A stretch of 64,000 bases of DNA from a virus. Lineage: Duplodnaviria; Caudoviricetes. Each line of letters opens with the position of its first letter. Within the stretch, counting starts at the first letter, position 1. Positions 47,144-55,009 of this stretch are shown here, one piece after another. The position numbers and the translations under genes are program-made. The notes below the pieces were generated by a model. It did no database searches. It was not told where the DNA came from and saw only the letters and a program-made list of their open reading frames with translations. The stretch spans positions 32,001 through 96,000 of the IMG/VR virus record IMGVR_UViG_3300028887_000075. One strand, written 5' to 3'.

Positions 47144-48946
47144 ATGGCGGCTGAGATTACATTCCCTCCCAAGATGCGGTGGTCGGCCGAACAGCCGGAA
47201 GACCCGGAGAAATCCAAGTCCGCCACAGGTGTATTCCAGCCGCAGTTCATCGAGGCCCTGCGTACTCTGACAAGCAGCATCCCGGGGCTGCACGTTGAGG
47301 CCAAGCACAGCACCTTCCGGGAAGCCCTGGTGGACAACGAGGACTTCCGGAAGAACCTCATGCAGTTCCTGCTGATTGCCACTTCCACGGTATCCGAGAT
47401 TACGGACAAGGACAGGCACCCGGTAATCCACGGTGCATCCACGTTCATCAGGAACGTGATTGCACTGAACAACATCTACGGGCAGCTGAAGGAGAAGTTC
47501 GTCGTTACCGGAGGCACCAATCTCGACAACTGGAAGGATATGGTGGAGTCGGTATCTCCCGGCAAGCCCCTGGTAGGCCGCTACGTGCCTCCCGGACTTT
47601 CCGGCCACGACGTGTTCCTCGAGACCGTCGGCATCGAGCAGGTAGTGGGCGAGACCCTGTACAAGCTGTACGAACTCGGCACGAAGGGAGGAACGATAGA
47701 CGTCGAGCACGGGTACATGATGAACCGCTGGAAGATAACCAGCGAGTACCTGTATGCCCCCAAGGTGAGGGAGGCCAGCAGGGACGGGGAGGTCACCGGG
47801 GTGTACCTGGATGACGACCCTAACAAGATGTACTGGCTGCAGGTTATATGCGTCAAGGTATATACCGACTGGGTCAACCCGTTCACCAAGGAAATTGACG
47901 CGCCGAAGGAGTACAGGTTCATCCTGCACTGCGGACAGCACAAGCCCACCAACATGCGGGACGACAGGACAATCCCGTCTCTGTTCATGACGGTACTAGG
48001 CATGTGCCGGGAGACCAAGGATTATCCGTTTATCAATGTCAGTGCGGACGAGCTGAAGAAGAGCGTGATATCCATGCTAGGCAACATGATGAAGACCCTG
48101 TTCAGCGTGTTCAGGTTCAACGCGTTCAAGCCGGAGAAGCAGAGGCTGCTGGTAGCGCTGACCTCGGTGCATGAGATGCCGAGGCCCCTGAAGTACTCCG
48201 GGCCGGACTCCGTACACCTCATGAACGACTACGAGCATATCCGGGAAGGAATAAAGAACTGCATCGAGAAGGGAAAGCCGAGGGGCTACGCCTTCGTCGG
48301 CTACCCGGGAACCGGGAAGACCATCATGATGGAGCAGCTCACCAACGAGTTCCTGGATGTGCCGGTGGTGTACTTCACCATCGCGGGACTGATGCAGGTA
48401 GGCGGCGGACCGGAAGGGGATAGCATGTCGTGCATAATGGAGACCCTATCGGGGCTGAAGGGTGCAGGCTACAAGTGCGTATTCCTGTGCTGCGACGACC
48501 TGGATGCGGTCGAGCTTTCCGAGAAGAATGCCAACGTTACTCGGCTAATCAACCTGCTGGACCAGCTCCGCATGGACTGCATGCCGACCGTCATATTCAT
48601 GTGCACGGTCAACGACCCAACGTCCCTGCACGGGACAATCATCAGGCGCGGCTGCCGCATTGACGAGGTCGTTGAGGTGGGACTGCCTTCAGTCGAGTCG
48701 CTGGGCAGGCTAATCAATGCCTTCCGTGACGATACCGATACCACCGACTACTCAAATGAGCAGTATATTCCTGCCCTGGAGAAGATGGTCGAACTGAAGT
48801 TCAGCTTCGCCGACCTTGCCAACGTCATGAGCAGCATGGTCATCTACTATACCGCCGGAGACACCGGGTACACCCCGGAGCAGCTGGAGGATGCCGTGGT
48901 CAAGGTCGGGGAGAGCCGGGAGAACGCCGGCAAGAACTACGCATAA
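47144..48946 (+). CDS. AAA+ ATPase with long N-terminal region
   Basis: GYPGTGKT, hhhhDDLD, T.N, R.GCRIDE. Confidence 0.82.
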   Translation: MAAEITFPPKMRWSAEQPEDPEKSKSATGVFQPQFIEALRTLTSSIPGLHVEAKHSTFREALVDNEDFRKNLMQFLLIATSTVSEITDKDRHPVIHGASTFIRNVIALNNIYGQLKEKFVVTGGTNLDNWKDMVESVSPGKPLVGRYVPPGLSGHDVFLETVGIEQVVGETLYKLYELGTKGGTIDVEHGYMMNRWKITSEYLYAPKVREASRDGEVTGVYLDDDPNKMYWLQVICVKVYTDWVNPFTKEIDAPKEYRFILHCGQHKPTNMRDDRTIPSLFMTVLGMCRETKDYPFINVSADELKKSVISMLGNMMKTLFSVFRFNAFKPEKQRLLVALTSVHEMPRPLKYSGPDSVHLMNDYEHIREGIKNCIEKGKPRGYAFVGYPGTGKTIMMEQLTNEFLDVPVVYFTIAGLMQVGGGPEGDSMSCIMETLSGLKGAGYKCVFLCCDDLDAVELSEKNANVTRLINLLDQLRMDCMPTVIFMCTVNDPTSLHGTIIRRGCRIDEVVEVGLPSVESLGRLINAFRDDTDTTDYSNEQYIPALEKMVELKFSFADLANVMSSMVIYYTAGDTGYTPEQLEDAVVKVGESRENAGKNYA

Positions 48947-48956
48947 ACTAACCGGT

Positions 48957-49118
48957 ATGGACCGGGAAGAATTCTGCGTTATATACATTGACGGAACCGG
49001 GAAGACCGGTTCCGTTGTCGTATCGTACGAGTCCTATGACATCATAGGTATCACGCGGGAAGTCCACCGGCTGCTACCGGGAACTGACGTTAGGTGCATT
49101 ATCCCCAGGAAACGGTAA
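48957..49118 (+). CDS. Small hypothetical protein
   Basis: ATG 7 nt after ATAAACT. Confidence 0.45.
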   Translation: MDREEFCVIYIDGTGKTGSVVVSYESYDIIGITREVHRLLPGTDVRCIIPRKR

Positions 49119-49554
49119 TCTCGCCTTCCATGCTCATCCGCTGGTACTCAATCATTCGCTTGGTCTGTGCATCGAGCGAGATGTCCAGGATGGACGGGAG
49201 GTCCGGCTTGGTCACGGTAACCTTGAAACCCTTGTCCTCCAGCATCTTCATGGCCTCCTTCTGGGAGTTGTAGAGTTCCTTGGCAAATTCCTCGATGGTC
49301 TTGTTTGTCGGAATCTCGAGCCTGTCCTTGGTGGCGATGAAGAACTGCTCTGTCATCAGCGGCTTCTTGAGCTCGGTTCCTCCCGTAGTCTCCGCGATTG
49401 CCTTCGCCTCCTCTATGATTGCGTTGACCGTGCGTTCCGCCTGGGTCATGGTCTTCGTCTTCCGTGAAATCTCCCGGAGCTCCTCGGCCACTGTAGGCAC
49501 ATGGTGCTTCAGGGTCTTACATTCGTCGAGTTCGTTAGGTCCTGGATTGCACAT
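49099..49554 (-). CDS. Hypothetical protein
   Basis: AGGAG RBS on minus strand. Confidence 0.6.
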   Translation of the reverse strand: MCNPGPNELDECKTLKHHVPTVAEELREISRKTKTMTQAERTVNAIIEEAKAIAETTGGTELKKPLMTEQFFIATKDRLEIPTNKTIEEFAKELYNSQKEAMKMLEDKGFKVTVTKPDLPSILDISLDAQTKRMIEYQRMSMEGEITVSWG

Positions 49555-49629
49555 AAATGTCTCCTGTTATTTTTCGATTCAAAACTAATATTTTTTGCTA
49601 TATTTGCCAATGGAAAACAAGGAAAGAAA

Positions 49630-50382
49630 ATGGCAATCTATACGGAAGATACCGACGTCTACGGATACCTGTTCAGGGATGGGTCGAAGGCCCCGGAATT
49701 CACTACGTATTCAACAATGCTCCAGTCCGACCCTTCGGCCGTCCTGGTTCCCTTCCGGATGCACTCGTGGCGGTTCGAGTCCGCCATAGGGGCGCTCCGC
49801 TCGGGCATCGCCGGTGGCATCATGGTGCAGCCGGCGCTTGCCGCGGAGGCGTACGAGTATGCCGATGCCTATACCGACCTGTCCATGCGCACGAAGCTGG
49901 TCGACACCCTGCTCGTCAACCGAGACACCCGGCAGGTCACCGGGGACTGTGCTGGAGTAGTTGCAATCAGGGCACTTCACGGGAAGGCCATATCTGAGAT
50001 ATCGGAGCCCAGGGTGCTAATCATAGGCGACCAGGCATTCACCCGTATGGCGCTGGTGGCAATAGCCGGGCAGGTGCAGTACGCCATGATTATGACAGAC
50101 GAGGAATGGGGTAGCCAGATTGCCGAGGACCCGATGATTACCCTTGGCATCAAGGTTGACGTCTGTACCTCGGAGGAACTCCAGGACAGGATACACGATA
50201 CCAACTACATAGTGCAGCGGGAGCGTCTGAGGACACCTCCCGGACTCAACGAGGCATACCTCCTGGCATCTACCGTCGGGCTGTTCCGGGAGGTGCCCGA
50301 TGCCCTGGTGGGGAAGACTGCCGAGTCATACATGGATATCTACAGCCTCGAAGAGGCGAGAAAAAAATTCAAGGATATATAA
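49630..50382 (+). CDS. Degenerate shikimate-dehydrogenase-like protein
   Basis: Spacing GIMVQP...LVDTL...TGD..G...VLIIG parallels AroE but key residues differ. Confidence 0.45.
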   Translation: MAIYTEDTDVYGYLFRDGSKAPEFTTYSTMLQSDPSAVLVPFRMHSWRFESAIGALRSGIAGGIMVQPALAAEAYEYADAYTDLSMRTKLVDTLLVNRDTRQVTGDCAGVVAIRALHGKAISEISEPRVLIIGDQAFTRMALVAIAGQVQYAMIMTDEEWGSQIAEDPMITLGIKVDVCTSEELQDRIHDTNYIVQRERLRTPPGLNEAYLLASTVGLFREVPDALVGKTAESYMDIYSLEEARKKFKDI

Positions 50383-50394
50383 ACAAACCGCTTG

Positions 50395-50460
50395 AACGGG
50401 CCAGCCTCTACCCTGCGTACTTGACGAGGGCAAGCCGAACGGGCCCGTTTTTTTTCTTTT
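50395..50460 (+). terminator. Multi-stem structure ending in T-tract
   Basis: AACGGGCC...GGCCCGTT-TTTTTT. Confidence 0.55.
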
Positions 50461-50513
50461 TCCGACAAGAAAATGGTATAGTTTCCTTACTGCCGAGAGG
50501 CAAGGAGACCATT

Positions 50514-50882
50514 ATGGAAAGGATAATGCCGGGAATCTTCAGGGTGCTCTACGTGTCGATATTCCTCATGTTCGTGAGGCGCATCATCGACAAGACCAGG
50601 ATTATGTTCGACGAGGACATCCCGGTGCACCACGAGGACGAGGAGGGGTGGTTCTGCGTCCGCCTCTACAAGAAGTACATCATCTACGACGACATGAACC
50701 AGCGCACTGCGACGGCACTGGCCCGCTACATCATACACAAGGTTCCCCACCTGTCTGGACACGTGGACATACTGGAACTGTGCGAGGCCGAATGCACATA
50801 CCTTGCCGACATCGACAAGCTTACCAGGTCGGACGCCCAGCTCATCCGGGACGCATACGACGAGTGCCCGGAATACGACTAG
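50514..50882 (+). CDS. Membrane-anchored hypothetical protein
   Basis: AAGGAG RBS, N-terminal TM. Confidence 0.55.
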   Translation: MERIMPGIFRVLYVSIFLMFVRRIIDKTRIMFDEDIPVHHEDEEGWFCVRLYKKYIIYDDMNQRTATALARYIIHKVPHLSGHVDILELCEAECTYLADIDKLTRSDAQLIRDAYDECPEYD

Positions 50883-50933
50883 AATCTTTAAGCATAGTGG
50901 AAGGGGGGGCGGTTGCCTCCCCTTTCTTGTTTC

Positions 50934-51392
50934 CTATATTTTGAGCTTTCCCTGCATGATTTCCATCATGGCCTGGCTGCAGGCCTTCTGGTATATCCTG
51001 TCCGGGTTTGCCGAGGAGTCCTGCGAAGTCATCTGTGTGAGCAGCTCGGTCACCCTGTCCTGGTAGGCCTGGCTGTTGGTGAGGTTCTTCAGGTCTGCCT
51101 TGGTAACCGTAGTCGAGCCGGACTTGGTGTTTTTCACGGTCTTCTTGATTGTGGCCGAGGGTGCTGCCTTGGTCTTCTGGTAGGTGCTGGCCTTCTTCGG
51201 GGCGGCCTCGGCGTGGCTGAGCAGGCCCATGGCCATGGCGGCGATGATGGTTCCCTTGGCGAGCTTGCGGCCGAAGTCGGCCAGGATTCCTTCCATTAGG
51301 GCATTTTTGGATATCTCCCGGTAGCCTTCCAGTAGGCAACCGGCAAGTTCCGGGGGGATACCGGCAGATTCGAGTAGGTTTTCAATTTCCAT
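50934..51392 (-). CDS. Putative virion protein with leader motif and internal signal-like peptide
   Basis: ATG 6 nt after ATAAACT; ELAGCLLEGY...LMEG then RKLAKGTIIAAMAMGLLSHAEA. Confidence 0.65.
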   Translation of the reverse strand: MEIENLLESAGIPPELAGCLLEGYREISKNALMEGILADFGRKLAKGTIIAAMAMGLLSHAEAAPKKASTYQKTKAAPSATIKKTVKNTKSGSTTVTKADLKNLTNSQAYQDRVTELLTQMTSQDSSANPDRIYQKACSQAMMEIMQGKLKI

Positions 51393-51427
51393 GCCTGCAG
51401 TTTATCGGTTTTTGCTATATTTGGGGC

Positions 51428-51781
51428 ATGCCTTTCCGTTCAGAGAAGATAAGATTGCCGGAGAACCTGGACCGCCGGGTAAAGCTCACCGCGGCCCAGA
51501 AAGCCGAAATCCGCCACCGCTACCTTGCCGGCGGATGTACACTGCGTTCCCTCGCGGCAGAATACGGCGTATCGCACAAGACAGTGCTGCTGATTGTGAA
51601 TCCGGAGTCGAAGGCGGTAAACGACAGGCGGATAAAGGAACACTGGAAGGACTACCAGGAGTCCCGGGAGAAGCATGCGGCGACTGTCCGGGAGCACCGG
51701 AGGTACAAGCAGGATTTGCTCAACAGAGGCGAAATTTCAATAAACTCAGCAGAAAGCGGAGGTAACAATGACGCGAACTAA
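51428..51781 (+). CDS. HTH DNA-binding protein, probably leaderless
   Basis: KLT...AEIR.RY..G.TLRSLAAEYGVS..TV..IV. Confidence 0.75.
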   Translation: MPFRSEKIRLPENLDRRVKLTAAQKAEIRHRYLAGGCTLRSLAAEYGVSHKTVLLIVNPESKAVNDRRIKEHWKDYQESREKHAATVREHRRYKQDLLNRGEISINSAESGGNNDAN

Positions 51782-52031
51782 GGAAAGCGCCCGGCTCCGC
51801 GAGGAACGGATTGCCGGGACAGACAACGGCCTCACACTGAGAACCAGGGTCGTGAGGGACAGGAAGAAGTACACCAGGAAGATTAAGCACCGCAAGTCCA
51901 TCGCAGAAGCGATGGATTTCGCTTTATGCGGCAATTTTGCTATATTTGTGGCATGGCTAAGAAGAAAACACAAAAAATCGCTATCTATCCCGGCAGCTTC
52001 GACCCCATCCACCCGGGGCACATGGAAGTAA
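51768..52031 (+). CDS. ArfA-like basic peptide with internal hairpin (candidate ribosome-rescue factor)
   Basis: GGAGG RBS; LRTRVVRDRKKYTRKIKH; 11-bp hairpin 51894-51919 before the stop. Confidence 0.5.
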   Translation: MTRTKESARLREERIAGTDNGLTLRTRVVRDRKKYTRKIKHRKSIAEAMDFALCGNFAIFVAWLRRKHKKSLSIPAASTPSTRGTWK

Positions 52032-52522
52032 TCTTCCAGGCTGCCAAGGTATTCGACAAGGTAATCGTCCTAGTCGCGGACAATCCGGATAAGGACTACA
52101 AGGTTTCCGCAGAAGACCGGGTCAGTCTAATCAAGGAATTCATTAGGCTTTACCGGGACGAGTGTTCCAATGTCACTGTAGACCGTACTTATGACACCCT
52201 GTACGGATACTGCCAGGATAAATCCAAGTATGACCCGGATAACGCAGTCGGGTTCATCGTGCGCGGGATAAGGAACGGAGCTGACCTCGAGTTCGAGCAG
52301 TCGCAAAAGTATTTCGTATCCGTCATGGGCGATGCCTGTCTTTCGCTTACCTATGCATACTTCACTACCAGGCCGGTCATGTCGGTGTTGTCTTCCAGTG
52401 CGCTCCGCCAGGTCATCCAGTTGGCAACCAATGAAGAATTCTGCATGGCATACTGGCCAGACATTCCGGTGGAATCTGAAATGTCGTCCCGTATTTACAA
52501 CATGTACAAGGGGAAATGCTGA
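51953..52522 (+). CDS. coaD: Phosphopantetheine adenylyltransferase
   Basis: AIYPGSFDPIH.GH, V.V..NP.K, IVRGIR...D.EFE, LSSS. Confidence 0.88.
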   Translation: MAKKKTQKIAIYPGSFDPIHPGHMEVIFQAAKVFDKVIVLVADNPDKDYKVSAEDRVSLIKEFIRLYRDECSNVTVDRTYDTLYGYCQDKSKYDPDNAVGFIVRGIRNGADLEFEQSQKYFVSVMGDACLSLTYAYFTTRPVMSVLSSSALRQVIQLATNEEFCMAYWPDIPVESEMSSRIYNMYKGKC

Positions 52523-53334
52523 TGGCCAGATTCATCCTCCTCACCGGAATTATCGGTTCCGGGAAATCATATGTCGCCAACATGCTGCGGGCCAAGCGCT
52601 ATACGGTAGTCGACTCCGATTCGTGGGCAAAGCATCAGTATGAGGACTCCGAAACGTTCAAGATGGTAGTCGAACGTCTTGGACCGATGTGCCTCGATGA
52701 CCATGGGAAGATTGACCTCGGCTACATCAAGCGGTACATCCTCCGGCATGACCCGGACGACCGTGACCTGTTTACCTGGGGACTGGCCACAAGGGTAGCC
52801 GACGGCATATTGACCATGTTCGGCGGCCTGAAGGAAATCGTGTTCGTCGAGGCTGCCCCGACCGCCCAGGTAGGCCACATGTGCAACTACCTCGGCATAG
52901 ACACGGCAATCGTGGTAAAGCGCAATCACACCATCCGCCGGCAGTTCCTGATGGATACCCGGGCGATGTCCGGCGGAGATATCGACGCATTCGAAAATCT
53001 CCAGGACCTGAGCTATATCCACCGGACATACGACAGAAATCGCCGGGATGTCAAGAAGGTGATACTAGACAACGACCTTGCTCCGGAAGCTTTAAACGGG
53101 CAGCTTATGGACATCATCGAGAAGGATATCCAGCCTACCCCGGAAGAGAAGTTCGCACTATACGAGAGGTACCTCCGGGAGTCTCCCGACTACTGCAAGC
53201 AGAACGCCATGTGCTACTCGTTCTACAACCTGGGCGGTTGCAACAACTGCCCGTTCCCCTGCTCGCAGCAGGACCGGAACTTCGAAAGGGCGAACCGGGA
53301 ATTCATGAAGGAAAAGAAGGGAACCAATGATTAA
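52516..53334 (+). CDS. coaE: Dephospho-CoA kinase with Cys-rich C-terminal extension
   Basis: LTGIIGSGKS.VA, VVDSD..A, G.ID; C-terminal C..AMC...GCNNCPFPC. Confidence 0.75.
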   Translation: MLMARFILLTGIIGSGKSYVANMLRAKRYTVVDSDSWAKHQYEDSETFKMVVERLGPMCLDDHGKIDLGYIKRYILRHDPDDRDLFTWGLATRVADGILTMFGGLKEIVFVEAAPTAQVGHMCNYLGIDTAIVVKRNHTIRRQFLMDTRAMSGGDIDAFENLQDLSYIHRTYDRNRRDVKKVILDNDLAPEALNGQLMDIIEKDIQPTPEEKFALYERYLRESPDYCKQNAMCYSFYNLGGCNNCPFPCSQQDRNFERANREFMKEKKGTND

Positions 53335-53530
53335 GAAAATCCAGATAGAGTTCGACGGTCCGGACAAGGACGGACTGAGCGAAATGCAGGAACAGGAACT
53401 CAACGTGGTTCTCGACAGGGCGATTGATGGCATGCTCGATTATGCAAGCGTGAAGAAGGTCACCGTTGACGGGAACGTATACTACCTTAGGAGCAATAAT
53501 GGAACAGCAGAAACAGCCGAAACGGATTAA
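53327..53530 (+). CDS. Small hypothetical protein
   Basis: Coupled ORF. Confidence 0.5.
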   Translation: MIKKIQIEFDGPDKDGLSEMQEQELNVVLDRAIDGMLDYASVKKVTVDGNVYYLRSNNGTAETAETD

Positions 53531-54278
53531 GGTGTCGCTGAAGCGCAAGAAGCCTGCTGGCAAGCCCCCGGTGGCTCCCGAGGAATCCCCGAAGACTAAG
53601 CCGCTGGGCAGGAAGTCTGCTCCGCGCAAGAAGCCCAACATATTCCAGCAGATGCAGCAGGATGCCATCGAGCAGCTCAACAAGCTTGACTCCGTATTTA
53701 AGCAGAAGCCTACATGCCAGCTCCAGGAGGTTTCCCCGGTCCTTACAGATATGCTCCAGAAGCTGTCCGGGTGGACCCCGCAGTCCAACGAGGGTGTCCT
53801 GGAGGTGGCCAACAGGCTGGCCCAGGCGGCCAAGGAGGAAATCGACAAGGGCATCGAGAAGAAGGCCAAGGTCGATACTGTTGAATACGCAAAGGGACTG
53901 CTGTTCCATACCCTTACCTACTGGAACGGTGTCTCCAGCGAGCATTCCCTGATAACCGGCGTTGAGTACAGCAAGGGAAACTCCACAGTATCGTTCCGCA
54001 TGGTCCGCGTGTTCAACTACAACAGGATAGGCACACCGGCCATGCTCTACTCGTCGCCGACATACTCCGTGACGGACATCCATCCGCCCATGACTAAGCA
54101 GCGACAGGACGAGGTGTGCATCCAGGGGAAGTACTACCACATAGACATGCCAAAGGCAATGGACGCCATCATGACCGAGGTCATCAGGTACCAGGAGCAG
54201 TTCAAGTGGCTTATCGACAACGCAAAAGTAGGGAGATTGAAGAAACTATGGGACAGAAGCAAAAAGTCGACCCGATAG
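53499..54278 (+). CDS. Hypothetical protein with basic N-terminus
   Basis: AGGAG RBS; start reassigned. Confidence 0.6.
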   Translation: MEQQKQPKRIKVSLKRKKPAGKPPVAPEESPKTKPLGRKSAPRKKPNIFQQMQQDAIEQLNKLDSVFKQKPTCQLQEVSPVLTDMLQKLSGWTPQSNEGVLEVANRLAQAAKEEIDKGIEKKAKVDTVEYAKGLLFHTLTYWNGVSSEHSLITGVEYSKGNSTVSFRMVRVFNYNRIGTPAMLYSSPTYSVTDIHPPMTKQRQDEVCIQGKYYHIDMPKAMDAIMTEVIRYQEQFKWLIDNAKVGRLKKLWDRSKKSTR

Positions 54279-54634
54279 GGATTAAGAACGTGAACTTCTC
54301 CGTGGAGGTTCCGGGAGCGCCCAAGAAGTTCCTTGCCAAGTGGAGGAGCCAGCGGCTCTCCCGGGGATTCGATGATACTGAACTTTACAACCTGGATACT
54401 ACCATAGCGAAGTTCCTCGTGCCTAGACTAAGGGCGCTCCGGGAAAGCACCTGTTCCTATCCGAGCGGGCTTACGATGAGGAAATGGAAGACCTACCTGA
54501 GGAAGATGGAACTCGCGTTCGAGCTGTACGCGGACAAGTTCAACTGGTCCTCCCGGAAGGAACGCGGGAACGTCCGGAAGGTGGACGAGGGGCTCGGCCT
54601 GTTCCGGGCGTATTTCAGCGACTTATGGTGGTGA
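54248..54634 (+). CDS. Phage hypothetical protein
   Basis: RGFDD.ELYNLD..IA.F..PRL...EGL.LF..YF.DLWW. Confidence 0.6.
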   Translation: MGQKQKVDPIGIKNVNFSVEVPGAPKKFLAKWRSQRLSRGFDDTELYNLDTTIAKFLVPRLRALRESTCSYPSGLTMRKWKTYLRKMELAFELYADKFNWSSRKERGNVRKVDEGLGLFRAYFSDLWW

Positions 54635-54635
54635 T

Positions 54636-54818
54636 ATGTTCATCCAGGAAACAATAAATCAATATGTCACAGTGGACATTATATGCGGCATTGTATTCGT
54701 CCTCGGAATAGCAATAGTCCTACTATATTATTGGCTAGACTACAAGCTGTTCTGCCGTAGGCTTGAAAAATCCTACCGGAAGGAACAGGAAAGGAAAGCG
54801 AAGAATCCATTAGAATAA
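54636..54818 (+). CDS. Small membrane protein
   Basis: Single TM with basic tail. Confidence 0.5.
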   Translation: MFIQETINQYVTVDIICGIVFVLGIAIVLLYYWLDYKLFCRRLEKSYRKEQERKAKNPLE

Positions 54819-54978
54819 GGTTGGAATGCTAAAATGAAAGGTCGCACATGCACTCCGTGTGGAATACTCTATACACCGTATAAGAAGCCGACTATCTTTG
54901 AACGCATACGGTTGAAACTCATGCGTATGTTTGGGAAACCAAAGAAGTTGAAACGCAAATGGGACGCTCTTCCATAAG

Positions 54979-55004
54979 AAAGGGCGGCATCTAGCCGCCC
55001 CTTT
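54979..55004. terminator. Bidirectional terminator
   Basis: AAGGGCGGC-ATCTA-GCCGCCC(C)TTT between convergent genes. Confidence 0.7.
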
Positions 55005-55009
55005 CAGTA

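Noticed and set aside
35371-53334. Reading the metabolic genes as a bacterial chromosome segment
   Set aside because: They are interleaved with phage-type genes (Rnl1-like ligase, NADAR, short unknown ORFs) and share the same promoter motifs as the rest of the window.
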